Position numbers and translations under genes: made by a program. A stretch of DNA of 64,000 nucleotides from Eledone cirrhosa. Lineage: Eukaryota. Shown here in pieces: positions 12,760 to 26,779 of this stretch (position 1 is the first letter of the stretch; every line of letters starts with the position of its first letter). Location of the stretch: positions 108,872,001 to 108,936,000 of the forward strand of contig OZ024741.1 of NCBI GenBank assembly GCA_964016885.1. Reading direction: 5' to 3'. The notes under the pieces are model-generated. The model ran no database searches, had not been told where the DNA came from, and saw only the letters and a program-made list of their open reading frames with translations.

Positions 12760-14076
12760 TCTATATATAAAACGGAAGATGTCTGTCTGTGTGTATGATT
12801 TGTATGCATTTACACATTTCTCTACCGATGTTGATGATTTTTTTTCAAATGTGCTCCAAATTTACCAACGATGGTCAACGCGTAATAAACTTTGCTTAAA
12901 ATTTCCTGCTTCTATGAAAAAAATCGATAAAACTAAATGCATACTATAACCCTCTCTCTACTACCCTCAAAAATCGATGAAACTACATACATGTTGCAAC
13001 TCTCTTTAAAAGGTTTATCCCTCCTTCTACTCCCCTCTCAATCTCCTCTGCAACTCTCTTTAAAGGTTCATCCCTCCCTCTACTCCTCTCTCAATCTCCT
13101 CTGCAACTCTAACAGCGACAAAACTTCGTTCAGGAACGCGACATAAACTTTGAAAACTAAGCAGCACATCAATTTATACAACAACAAACATAGTCATAAC
13201 GACGCTCATGCATCAAATAACAAAACTTAAAAAGCCGATAAAACTAAATACATTTCATTCAAAACATTTTCTAAGTGAGTTAATATCTGTATACAACAAC
13301 TACAATGGTACGCGATGGGGCCCACCCACAGCCCCGGCGGACAGAATGGAGAAGGCGTTTCCCCGTATGACGGCAAGGGAAACGCGCTGGAAAAACCATT
13401 CCAACTCACGGGCTCACACCTGCGGCTGGCCAGCTCAGCGCCTATGGTGGTGAGTAAGGATGTAGTCCCGGGGCCGAGGACACCAGAAGTCTCCACTGCC
13501 AGGGGTACGACCGCAAACCTGTCGGAGAGCGACCGGTATTTGACCATTACATTTTACACCATTACATTTTACACCATTACATTTTACATCAAATAACAAA
13601 TATTCAAAAGCAACAGATGAATTTATACAACAAACGTAATCACAACGACGCTTAAGCATGTATTTACTTGAATCTCAACAAAGACATTATATTTTATTGT
13701 TTCCATTTTGTAATTTTTTTTCTTTGCTTTTAGCAATAATAATGAGAAAACTTTTTTCAGCAAAGTCCGATTTTAATGATTTTTTTTTTCCAGTGTGCTC
13801 CAAATTATCGCCCCTGTTTACGCTCTTTTGTGCTATAACTCAGACGGGCTTGGCTTACAGGTTTGAACTACTGTTTGACGTGCATTCTTCATACAACTTA
13901 CTTAGTACTCACTTTCCACTTATTCACTGTTCAATTGAAATTTTTTGCTACCCCCTCCCCCCCTTTCCTTGCTTACCCGTATTTACTTTCTTTGCCTCAA
14001 TAATCATAATTGAGTGGAATCATTAAGAGAACTTTAAAGTAATTAAACTCCGAGCAACGCCGGGCACTTCTGCTAG
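12760..14076 (+). mobile_element. Non-autonomous Helitron
   Basis: Begins TCTATATATAAAACGGAAGATGTCTGTCTG. Ends CCGAGCAACGCCGGG-CACTTCTG-CTAG|T. Confidence 0.75.
13320..13542 (-). mobile_element. CRE-like endonuclease fragment inside the Helitron
   Basis: KYRSLSDRFAVVPLAVETSGVLGPG..., a homolog of 3972-4190 with one frameshift. Adjacent to three copies of ACCATTACATTTTAC. Confidence 0.7.
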
Positions 14077-14396
<320 letters not shown>

Positions 14397-15001
14397 CATA
14401 TATACATATTTATACATTATATATATATGTATGTATATTTATATATTTATATGTGTGGAGGTGTGTGTTTACAAGTGATGATGGTGTGATGGCTACGTGT
14501 TCGTGTTAGTCTTTATCTGTAGGTAAGTGAGGTGTGTTTGAAATTGTGCGTATTCTTCAATTCATATAACAATTATAATACTTTATACAATAGTTAGATA
14601 AACACAGTTGCATTCGGGCTGAATATCGTTTCTACTCCAGTAACTTCATAAATACTATATTTTACCTTTTATATTGATATTAATACAAACAGTTTTGCTT
14701 TCTATTCTTTCCATTATGTTCATCAGGTTCCGACACCCTACAGCTCATGCTACTGTTATCCGTGTATTTATAGATTCTAGTTAGGTTTCATACGACAATT
14801 CAATTACAAAATAGGCATACACCCAATAACGCTATATCTACACCGATATTGTGTCCCCCACCATAGCCAGCTACGGCAGACAACAGTCAAAATCGAGCGA
14901 AAAACCCTATTCCATATAATTACACACACACAAATACACACACACAAACAAACAAACAAATAAACACACGCACACACACACAAATACATATATATATACA
15001 A

Positions 15002-15111
<110 letters not shown>

Positions 15112-15132
15112 ATCTACATATATATATATATA

Positions 15133-15326
15133 TAGGAACGAGTAGGACCCCGACGGCTGAGCTCAAGCCGTTTCGACGGCTAATTCTGGACTAAAATTAG
15201 CCGTCGAAACGGCTTGAGCTCAGCCGTCGAGGTCCTACTCGTTCCTATTTCCCACTCTACTACCCTAAGTATTGAGTACTTTCGTGCATTATGGTCCACC
15301 TGGTTCCTTACCACATTTCTTTCGTT
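15133..15326. mobile_element. Family B fold-back element
   Basis: Arms 15133-15187 and 15196-15248; apex CTAATTCTGGACTAAAATTAG. Confidence 0.85.
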
Positions 15327-15346
15327 ATATATATATATATATATAT

Positions 15347-16838
15347 ATTTCATTTCTGAATTTGTTTAGCAAGATTCTTTATCTGAAAACGTGTGTTGAA
15401 ACCGATATTGTTATACTTTGGGAGGGTCATGTTGCCAATAAGAAACACACGCACCAGTGCTTTCCCTTCAATTTATTATAATAAATTTATCAATTTAGGG
15501 ATTTATAAATTTCCGGTTGGTTGATTGGTTCCACAACCAGATGATTGCTCATATATTGTCAAAGTTCTTTCGTCACACATTATGTGACCTCTTCAGTGAC
15601 TGTGGATTCTTTTCTTTGTTTTTGTGCCTCTCCTTTGTTCTGTCCTACGCCATCTTGTTTTTGTGTGTGTTGTGTACTTAGTTTGCGCATGTGTTACATC
15701 CGGGTGTCTGCGTGTGTTTATATTTGTTTATTTATTTGTTTATTTACATGTTACTGGTTGGTTGTTTGTTCTATGTGCGTGTGTGTTTTCATTTTGCCCT
15801 TAATTGTAAGTTGTGATGTTGCTGTTCCATTCATGTTTTCTATTTAATTTTGCCTCTGTGATTTGTCTAAACATTGCGTCTTTTCTGTGTGTAGATTCTA
15901 TTTTTATTTCTATGTTCTCTAATTTACCCTTATGTTCTATTTTAACATGTTGGTAGAGTACAGATGATTCTTTACTATCTTGAAGCTCTCGCCAGTGTTC
16001 ATTTATCCGTTCTCCTTTACTACGAGCTGTTTCACCTATGTACACTATATTCTTATCTCTACATTATCCTTCAGTACATCTTATGCTATATACTACATTT
16101 CTAGTTTTACAGCTAATATGGGGGCTTAATCTACAGATTATACATTCCTTATCTATACAGGGAGGTCTTTGAAAAGGGTATGTATTGCTAATAAGTGTTT
16201 TTATAGAGGTACCTGGTCTTTCTACTATCTTAATTTTGAGTTTATGTTTATCTAGAGCCCTTCTAAATTTGTAAGCTAATTCACCTATAGGGGTTGTATC
16301 GATGAACATTACACTCTGGTATTTATTGCTATCATACTATGAGTTTATTATATTAACCTTATTCTTAGCTCTTTCTATTCTATTCTAAATAAACATAAAT
16401 GGCAATAAACATAAATGAACTCCAACCAAAATTAAATAGAAAACATGAATGGAACAGCAACATCACAATTTACAATTAAGGGCAAAATGAAAACACACAC
16501 GCACATAGAACAAACAACCAACCAGTAAAATGTAAATAAACAAATATAAACACACACAGACACCCGGATGTAACACATGCGCAAACTAAGCACACAACAC
16601 ACACAAAAACAAGATGGCGTAGGACAGAACAAAGGATAGGCACACAATCAAAGAAAAGAATCCCAATCACTGAAGAGGTCACAGAATGTGTGACGAAAGA
16701 ACTTTGCCAATATATGAACAATCATCTGGTTGTGGAACCAACCAACCAACCGGAAATTTATAAATTTATTGTAATAAATCCAAGTGAAAGCAACTGGTAC
16801 GTGTGTTTCTTATTGGCAACATAACCCTCCCAAAGTAT

Positions 16839-16845
<7 letters not shown>
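15347..16845 (-). mobile_element. 5'-truncated Penelope-like element (family A) with GIY-YIG endonuclease and inverted terminal repeat
   Basis: ORFs 16064-16309 and 15800-16045: C-x4-C-x2-C ... CKTRNVVYSIRC ... YIGETARSKGERINEH. 16430-16845 is an inverted copy of 15405-15848. Confidence 0.9.
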
Positions 16846-16909
<64 letters not shown>

Positions 16910-17233
16910 TATAATATATGTAAATAAACATTGGAACGTAGAGTGAGTATAAATGTTTAAAATTGCAGGAAATTTCTAACGCAGGAAAATAGCTTAGAAA
17001 ATGAAGGCTTAGGAATTTAGGTTAAATACCACCTGCACGCAGGAAAAGTGGTCAGTAGCTGCTACAGAGGATCGGACTCAGTACCTCATAAATTCCGGTT
17101 GAGCGCCGTATGCCTTTGTACTAAACAACACCTAATGACAGATATCGTCATAATTTTACTCGATTTTCTAAGTTCTACTCACAGATTTATTCCTGCGTTC
17201 GGGATTTTCTACATTTCTAAGCATATACAATAC

Positions 17234-17276
<43 letters not shown>

Positions 17277-17440
17277 GGGGGGGGGGTACGTGTGTGTGTG
17301 TGTGTGCCTGTGTGTCTATGTATCTGTGTGTCTGTGTGTCTGTGTGTGCATGTGTGTGTATGGTGTGAGTGTGTGTGTAAGTGTGTGTTAGCTTATGTAT
17401 ATGTATGAATACCTATATATATATGTATAAATAAGTGCAG

Positions 17441-17516
<76 letters not shown>

Positions 17517-17699
17517 GTATATATATATATGCACACAATCAAATATATATATGTATATATATATATGCACATGTTCAGCTACATCAATTTATTGCAACGA
17601 TCTATGTGGTCATGAAACGCAGATATACAGCGAGATCAAAATTCTGAAACGCACATTGAAAATCACAGTAAAGAAGAAAGAGAACTGAGTTGGTTCTGA

Positions 17700-18250
17700 G
17701 ATGTATCCTTGCTTAACTCCGTTGTCGATGGCTATGGGTACAGACAGACAACCATTGAAGTTAAGCCTCCATTTCATACCTCAATGAAGCTGTTTGAGCA
17801 AACTCACGAAACCCAATAAAAAGCTTACTGAGGTCAACAAAAAGCTGGTACAAATGGCGAGCCGAGAATATCATGATCATTATGCCCCTCCCTGACCTAA
17901 ATCCACATTGTGTCTCCGGAATTACTCGAGAGCTGATCCACTTGGTAAGCCTATTAACGGGAGGTTTTGCAATAAAATTACCCACTATATTCAGAGTTTT
18001 ATTTCCCGATAGACGACACACATCGTCTTTAAACCTTTTCCCTTGAACATGGAAACAAGGATCGAATCATTCTAGTCTTGAGAAACAGGAGTACTCGGCC
18101 AAACATCAGAAATGAAATGGTAAATCTCCTCAGCAAGAGCTCAACAGGAATACCATCAAACCCGGCGCCCTCCCCTGTACTAATCTCCCGTGGAGTGTTT
18201 CGGACCTCTGTCAGAGTAGGATGATCCCACATTTCATGTATTATACCCAA
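17700..18250 (-). mobile_element. Decayed RTE-clade LINE RT fragment
   Basis: GFDGIPVELL, IPETQCGFRSGRG, MIFSAR, LFVDLSK. Confidence 0.75.
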
Positions 18251-18254
18251 ATAA

Positions 18255-18372
18255 TATAATTGTTTCTACTATTGGCACAAGGCCAGCAATTATCCCAGTA
18301 CATTACTGGTACCTTATTTTATCGACCCCGTAAGGATGAAAGGCAAAGTTCGGCGGTATTTGAACTCAGACC
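18255..18372 (-). mobile_element. SINE family 1, 3' fragment
   Basis: Matches the 3' half of 2966-3152. Confidence 0.8.
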
Positions 18373-18385
18373 AAATAATATAATG

Positions 18386-18416
<31 letters not shown>

Positions 18417-20571
18417 GTATAGGCTTCCGTGCCCGACAGTCAAAATAAAACGTTTTGTATAAGTAACTGGCTATCGAACAGTTTGAGCAGTGTCACCCAA
18501 ATCCAATAAAATTATCGACACACTACTTCCTTTATCTCTGATGTACTAAGTTGAATAAAGGCCTTAATATTATTAACTAAAACCATTTCATTCACATATA
18601 TATATATATTAGGCTTCTCATGAAGGAGAAATAGAATACCTGTAAAATGATGTTGTTTATCTTTATTGAAGATATGAAGAATTACAACTTACTCCTTATT
18701 TGGTAGCTAATTGTTTTTATCAAATGTGTTTCGAATGTGATCGCATTTGTGTTTGAGTTATTCTGTCGTTAATACTCTTCAAATGAGTGTTAACGCTGTA
18801 AGTGAAGTGTATCAGTCTTTTTCTAAGATTCTATCATCAATATTGACTCGGTGTTCTTTAGACTGACCTCACTATTCAAAGCGATCGTCGCTGTATGTCT
18901 ACAATACATATTGCTGTGAGTGAAGAAATACACATTGTCGTTTTAGGATAAGCTTACTACATTGTATATTAAACAAAATATTTCCGGTGTGAGGGGGGGG
19001 GGGTATACTAATAAAGGGTGGGTTCAGCAAAAACAAGTTCTTCTTGAGTACTTGAGTAATCCTCCTGTGGGTGGAGAAAAACATATTGTCCTTTCCTGAT
19101 TACTGGATATGCTTACTTCATTGGTAACAATATATTATCGGTAGTGGTGGTGTTGGGTTACATTAATCGAAGGTTAAGTATTCATTTTGCTTTTTTTTAT
19201 GGCTAGAATGTATGCAGCTTGCCACAACTGTTTATTCATAGGTTTCACTGCTAACTGGAGCAGTCGTGCTAACCCATTGTAGAAATAATAGTCGATCATC
19301 TGCGAGGCCACTGGTATTTATAACACCGATGTCATATAATCAAACTGATGATCATCGTAACTGCTTACTATGACACAACCAGGATTTTTATGGAAACTTA
19401 CATCTCTACATCCGAACTGTTCTACTATATCATCTTATGATGAGGCACCTCCTTGTAGGATGTGGCTTTTCACAATGCAGGTCGGACTTCGAACTGAGAG
19501 GCTATAGGCTCAGTTTGAATGAGCATATATTGTGCGTCATCAGTTAGCTGAGTGGCATGTTGAACAGCCACTGGGACACATTGGGATACCACAAAAGACC
19601 ATCCAGTGCCAACCTGTGAAATCTACTACAGCTCTGCATATTCTTAAATTAACATATACTATTGGATGGCCGTTGACTCACATGAGTCCCTCCACCTTTT
19701 GTCAAGTTTAGTCGTCAACAATCGGAAAACATGAGAGGTTGTACTGAGTTACATGTTACTAGTAGCACTCAAGTGAAATGTTAAAGCCTAAAAAATTGTA
19801 ATTTGACCACAGTATTAGAAATCACAACAATTAATCAATTATTTCAACATCACTACATTAGCTTAGTCACCCCATGAAGTCTGGACTTCTTACACACTTT
19901 TATGGCACATTTCTTGCAATAAAATCTTTTAATTATATAGTGAATTTCATGTCGTGGCTATGACGTTATAGCTGAACATCATACGTATTTTGCTTCTTTG
20001 CTGTTGTTTTTGTTGTTTTAGTGTTGTTGATGCTGAAGCTAGAGCTGTTGTTAGAGGTGTAGGCTAATGACAGAATATGAATAAGATATAGAAAGTAAGA
20101 AGTATTAGGCGTCTGAAGCGACATCATTAACATGATCTCATACAATTTCTAGTAATAAGCAATTCAATAAGACATCGTTACTGTTCATTTCATATGTAAC
20201 AAATAAGTAGTATGAAACATGTTTCTATCGCTCTCACACTTTTCAACAGTTAAATAACAGTTTCTGTTTAGCTTGTCTAAGACATTATTGGTACTTGTAA
20301 ACTTTAGTACCTTTCTTCGATCTTTAACGTTTCTATTTGATGGTTTTCCTATTGTTGTTGTTGTTCCCGTATATTTTACCCCTCAATTCCTCAACTACTA
20401 TTATTATTCCTTCCCTTCCACCCTAGTTTTTGCCTCTTTATCGTCTACATTTTCTGTTTGCTCATGTACAGAGGTAAAATTTTAAATGGTGTTTTCATTG
20501 CACTATTTAATCAATGTTGACGACCATTGATTTTAGAATTATTACTAACGTATTCTAGGACGTATTTTCAG

Positions 20572-20578
20572 CACCACC

Positions 20579-20624
<46 letters not shown>

Positions 20625-20672
20625 GTACTACTACTACTACTACTACTACTACCATCATCACCACCACCACGA
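20572..20672. repeat. (CAC)n(TAC)n trinucleotide repeat
   Basis: Directly visible. Confidence 0.9.
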
Positions 20673-21003
20673 CCATTTGAATCATTTTTGCATTACATTG
20701 CAAAACACAACACTTGCGTAAAATGCTGTCTGTCTTAGGTTACACTAGCAGAATGGCCCGGCGTTGCTCGGAGTTCTAAACATAGATTGGCATGTTTATC
20801 CCTCCTTTCTGAAACAGTTTCGTCGTATGTTCAGTCCTAATAAAAACTGAAGTCGCCTTGGGTGAATAGGCAAATAGTTTTCCATTAAGATTTTTCAAAC
20901 GTATGTAATTGCGTTCTCTCTCTTTTTTGTTGTAGTTTTTGCTGTTGTCGAGCCTCGTGAAATAAATACGTTTGTTTATATTTTGTTATTGTGTATGCAA
21001 AAA

Positions 21004-21792
21004 CTTTTCCATTGCATTCAATGCTCCCCAGGTTTTTCCCAGTCTGATGTTAACATCATGTTCTGTGGAGGCGATATAGCTACCCAGGTATTTGAAGTCG
21101 TCAATTTGCTTGATTGTATCGCCATTTAGACTTCGCATATCAACTGAGGAGTCTTGGTTCAGGCAAATATATTCTGTTTTGCCTGCGTTAACATAGAGTC
21201 CGATTTCCTTTGCAACTGATTCGATGCTGTGAAGTAGTGATGTTGCATCCTTAAGGTAGTCAACGAGGACCGCTAAATCATCCGCATAGTCAATCATCCG
21301 CATGGTCAATCATCCGCATAGTCAATCATCTGCATGGAAATCAAACTGAAAAGGAATTTCTTCAGAGCTGCTGTGGAATCTGTGCTTGGTTATGGCTCTA
21401 TCACTTGGACGCTAACGTCGAATCTGGAGAAAAAGCTAGATGGAGAATACACACGTATGCTCCGCGCTGCTTTAAACGTGTCTTGGAGGGAACACCCAAC
21501 AAATAAGGTTCTCTATGGCAATAGACCACCTATCAGCAGGTCAATACGTGGACAGAGACTCAGATTTGCTGGCCAGTGTTGGCGCAGCAAGGAAGAAATA
21601 GCAGGTGATGTGTTGTTATGGAGTCCATCTCATGGAGCAAGAAACGGTGGTCGTCCCAAGAAGACATACGTCAAGCAACTTGCAGACGATGCTGGATGCA
21701 CTGCGGAAGAACTGGCAAACGCTATGAGAGACAGAGATGGATGGAGGAAACGTGACGTAGAAAGCCGAGCAAGCTGGACTTGATGATGATGA
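21004..21792 (+). mobile_element. 5'-inverted, truncated RTE-clade LINE
   Basis: Minus part: DYADDLAVL ... FKYLGS (RT). Plus part: RLRFAGQCWRS...GRPKKTY, ending in a (TGA)n tail. 12-bp TSD TGTATGCAAAAA at 20992-21003 and 21793-21804. Confidence 0.9.
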
Positions 21793-22175
21793 TGTATGCA
21801 AAAATATCTGTACACGAATATATAATTATATATATATATATATGTTCGTGTACAGATATTTTTTGCATACATCATGACCTGTAGTATCTATTTCATACTA
21901 TTAACCTTAATTGAATATATATCTGACCAGGAATGCTTTTTGTGAAAATCAGTCATATGGAACTATTGTCATCTTGCCTGACGGTTTGTACTTTACAACA
22001 CCACCTGCCTCTTTGAGGTCAAATAACAACCCTACTAGCATCTACAAACTGACCAATGAGAATTAAGACTATTCCTGCAGACAGTATTAAATTATTACTA
22101 ACAAGCTCATATGTCTCAAGGCTCTGATACCATCAACACTATAAACACAGAGCTGGCATATCTAAGAACTGACTA

Positions 22176-22231
22176 ACTGCCTGATGAGGTCATAGCCATT
22201 CAATGGCTATCATCGAAATATATATAGCAGT
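22176..22231 (+). ncRNA. Type I HHR
   Basis: ACUGC-CUGAUGA-GGUc AUAGCCA uucaa UGGCUAU cAUC-GAAA-UAUAUA-UA|GCAGU. Confidence 0.85.
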
Positions 22232-22272
22232 AAATAAAGGATTACGAGTTCATGCAATTGACTTATGTTTCG

Positions 22273-22322
<50 letters not shown>

Positions 22323-22323
<1 letters not shown>

Positions 22324-22367
22324 CTCTGACGAATCCTACGGTTACGTAAGGAAGAAACATTGTAAGC
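22323..22367 (+). ncRNA. Minimal HHR directly abutting (TA)n
   Basis: GCU-CUGACGA-a UCCU ACG guua CGU a AGGA a-GAAA-CAUUG-UA|AGC. Confidence 0.7.
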
Positions 22368-22509
22368 CAATAAAAATCTTTTGATGTTGTAGACGCTCCT
22401 GTGTTCTTTATCATATATACGGCTCTGCTCCAAAGCATAGAGCTAATTATTATGCTGCCAATACCTTAATGGGACACGGGTATACAATACCTAACTCCTA
22501 TTAACCTAA

Positions 22510-22592
<83 letters not shown>

Positions 22593-22723
22593 TAACAGAT
22601 TAACGTTTAAGCGAAGAATCGCTGCATTCACCCTTAACGGGATCTTCTGAAACTAAAAAAATCAATCTGTGAACGCAGAAGTAAATATTTCGAAAAACAT
22701 TACACACTATATACATATACACA

Positions 22724-22798
<75 letters not shown>

Positions 22799-23164
22799 GA
22801 TTGCGAAGTCAATGTCATAATGCAGACAGCCAGACATACAGACAGATATTATAAGGACGTGACATTATAGCTATGTATCTATCTAAAAAGACAGACTAAG
22901 AAAGATGGAGATAGATCGTTACCGGCGCCCAATGCGGTCCATAGGGCATTGAACATTTGAAATATTTTTGTTCAAAACACTCACACAACCATAAGTATTA
23001 CATGAGTAAAGTTTGAAAAAAATCGGTTTGGTGTGTCTCGAGTTTTAGGGAGTCAGACAGGCAGACATTCTCTGTTTTAGATATATAGATAACTTGATAG
23101 GGAGTCAATTAAATGATCCAGTGAACATAAAAACATCATTGTGCAAAGGAATAATAATAATGAT

Positions 23165-23290
23165 AATGGTTTCTGATTTAGGCACAAGACCAACAATTTT
23201 AGGGGAGGGGAAAGTCGATTAAATTGACACTTGTGCATTATTGGTACTATATTTTATCGACCTCGGATAGATGAAAAGTAAACTTGGTCA
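23165..23290 (-). mobile_element. Diverged SINE family 1 fragment
   Basis: TTAGGCACAAGACCAACAAT...TGGTACT...TTTTATCGACC. Confidence 0.6.
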
Positions 23291-23509
23291 CGACTCATAA
23301 ATTGCTCTCCAACAAAAGACTGCCTTGTTAAGCATAGCACATATCCTAAAGAAAGAATGCTTTGTCAAAGACCATGCTGTGATATGATATTAAGTAGGAG
23401 ATCCTATCTAGCAATTGTCTATTTTACAGCGCAAAACATCAATAATAATTACAAAAGTGACAAAAATAATAATAATAATTATATTGAGTTTTTGAAAGTA
23501 TTGTGTCAA

Positions 23510-23865
23510 TGTTTTCTTCTTCTTCTTCTTCATCAACATCATCAACATCACCACCTTATTCTTCATCATCATCATCTTCTTCTTCTTATTCTTCTTCTTC
23601 TTCTTCTTCTTCGTCTTCGTCTTCGTCGTCGTCGTCGTCGTCTTCGTCGTCTTCGTCGTCGTCGTCGTCGTCAATGCTAGAATGAATTATTCCAAGACAT
23701 CTAAAATTGTGTAAAAATATGGACTTAATAAAGATCGAATTCTATTTATGAAAATAAAATATTATTTACCAATAAAGTAGGATTCTATATTTTCCTTTTC
23801 TTGTTTAACGTTGCGATCGTTTTTGTGTTCATTTTCTTAACCATTTATTATAAAAATAAAAATAA
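23510..23865. repeat. Trinucleotide tract plus ~195-bp segment duplicated at 26493-26775
   Basis: GTCAATG(C/T)TAGAA...TATAAAAATAAAA follows a (TTC)n-type tract at both places. Confidence 0.85.
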
Positions 23866-25411
23866 ACCATTGAGAATCGTATTAATTCTGAAGTAGAAAT
23901 TCATAGGTTTGCGAATGGAAGTTTATTCCTATCGTACATAGACTGCTTATTGAAACATTTTTCCTTCGCTATTTTTGTACATATTGCTTGAAATTTCTGT
24001 GTTTTTGTTATCTATTTCATTGTTATTTAGTACTCTAAGAATACATTTAACAACTCAAAAATAACTCCAGCACATTATTATTTCAGCTTAGGTCATAAAG
24101 AATATCACGAAACATGACTGACACGAAGAGTCGTTTATATGTAACTATTAAGAGGTTTTCGGGCGGAGAAATAAGAATTTGGGAATTGGGAATTTACCAA
24201 AAGTAAAAACGGAATTAAAGAAAATTTGAAACGGAAAATTTGTCACCGTACATTTTGTATTAATTTACATATCCCATTTTACTTATTCATTTCAATTAAA
24301 GAAAACATAGACAGCAACAGTATTGCAGAGTAGCATTGTAACAGGTGGAAATCAGACCCCGCCTTCAGACTCTTGTACTAGAGCTTTCGAAATATTTCAC
24401 ATTGCCCACAAACCTTCAAAAATTAAATGTTTGTGATACAGCAGGAATAATGTATGACTAACAAAGGCTTTTTGTTTTTAATTCATAATTTTTCTATTGG
24501 TTTGATTTAGAGAACGAAACATTAACCATAGCTTTCACAGACCCTACGAGAATGATGTTGAACGACTACAAGTGAACAACTGTTGGCAAAAAGTGGGATG
24601 GGAGGTTATTTTTAGAGGATTGACGTTTTTAGCTAGGAATGTCTTTGAAAATTGGTTAATGCAAGGCCTTGTGGTGGGAGTTAACACAGTGTGTGTAATG
24701 GGTTTGAGTAACACGGTTAAAATATTCCTTTAACGCAGGCACAAAAAGGTTTGTTATCAACCAAATAAATAGTTGATATGAAAACGAATTCTTTAGTGGC
24801 ACACCTACTGCTTCATTATTATAAGAAACGCCAATTATATTTCAGAATATATTTTCTAATAAACGATCTCAACATGTTTGCAGATCCTTCAAAAATGTCA
24901 TAATGAAATTTCTTGTTGAGTTTATAGACTTAGTGACTCGCCAGCGCACGTCATTGTAACACACACACTGATACATACATTCTTTAATACACATTTACAC
25001 ATATGTATACAGTAAAGCAAAGACATACAGTAACATATATATTAACACATCATACAGAATAACTTCAATACACAAGCACAGGCACATATATTAACACACG
25101 TACACATATATGATAATGCACACGGGTGCCAAATACACAAGCACAAACCCACTCACAACACACAAAGTAGGTCTCTCACACTCACACACAACAGTTGTGC
25201 TCAGACACATGCCTTAATAGCACTCACACACAGACACATACCAGAGTATCACTCACACTTACACACACACAAACGAACTTTAATTCCGGTAACACGTTCA
25301 TTGACCTAATTCCAAGAAAAAAAATTATTGGAAGACTAATTTTTCTGTCTGTCAATTAAATGGCGTGTTTTGGACACTGAAGAATACTGAAAAGAAGGCA
25401 CACGCGCGAGC

Positions 25412-25460
<49 letters not shown>

Positions 25461-25536
25461 CATAGATAGATATATATATGTATGTATATATATATTATAT
25501 ATATATATATATATAAATATATACATATATATATAC

Positions 25537-25617
<81 letters not shown>

Positions 25618-25666
25618 TATATACATATATATATATGTGTATATATATATATATATACATACATAC

Positions 25667-25697
<31 letters not shown>

Positions 25698-25767
25698 CAT
25701 ACATACATATATATATACATACATACATACATACATATATATATACATATATATATATGTATGTATG

Positions 25768-25825
<58 letters not shown>

Positions 25826-26491
25826 AATATGTATATATCTGTGTGCGTGCGTGTATGTAAATGCACAAAGATAATTTGATCGAATGTATTATACAAATAG
25901 GCGCACAGTCAGACAGGTAGACGGCTTGACAAACAGACTGTTACTGACTAGATTATCATCTTATCGCTGAAATAAATACATTGAATGACATAGAAATTCT
26001 GCAGGAATGGTTTCCTTTCTAACACGTATGAAGTGTTTTAATGAAGTGTGTTTCTGTGGGTAGTATGTGTGTATATGTGTGTGTATGTGTGTGTGTGTGC
26101 GTGCATGCGTGTATGTGTGTGAGTGTGTGGGATTTTCAGTTAATTAGAGTGTAGTTTAGTAGCTATTACACCAGTCTCAGTCAATAGGAGGCGAGACCTC
26201 TTACTTAACATTACCAGTTTGAATCTTCCATTTGTCACGGTATATCTATTCTTTCATATTAATTAACCTGTAGTCAAAGAGAAAGAGAGAGGGTGAGATA
26301 GACGGCTGGAGAGAGAGGGGGAGATAGAGTGAGAGAAAAAAAGACAGCAGTAGTGCCTATGGCCCTAAATAACACAGCTACGGCTAGTGCTAGGGGTGAG
26401 GAAGGAATGTATCCTGAAAGGAGAGACGTTGGAAAATTGCTTACAACAAAGCAGGGGTCGCTATAGACACCAATGTTTGGTAGCTTAATTA

Positions 26492-26492
<1 letters not shown>

Positions 26493-26522
<30 letters not shown>

Positions 26523-26775
26523 CTTCTTCTTCTTCTTCTTCTTCTTCTTCTTCTTCTTCTTCTTCTTCTTCTTCTTCTTCGTCAATGTTAGAAGGAATTA
26601 TTGTAGGAGATAACTAAAATTGTGCAAAAATAGGGACTTAATAAAGGTCGAATTCTATTTATGAAAATAAAATGTTATTTACCAATAAAGTAGGATTGTA
26701 TATTTTCCTTTTCTTCTTTAACGTTGCGATCGTTTCTATGTTCATTTTATTAACCATATATTATAAAAATAAAAT
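26493..26775. repeat. (TTC)n plus duplicate of 23670-23865
   Basis: Direct visual alignment. Confidence 0.85.
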
Positions 26776-26779
26776 ATAA

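Larger units (their letters stand above)
20745..23089 (-). mobile_element. Non-autonomous Helitron with nested insertions
   Basis: Minus strand A|TCTATATATCTAAAACAG ... CCGAGCAACGCCGGGCCATTCTGCTAG|T: TC start, hairpin, CTAG end, inserted at an AT dinucleotide. Confidence 0.8.

Noticed and set aside
24541-24733. 63-codon open frame after a TTTCACAG acceptor-like site
   Set aside because: No recognisable protein motif or partner exons; compatible with chance.
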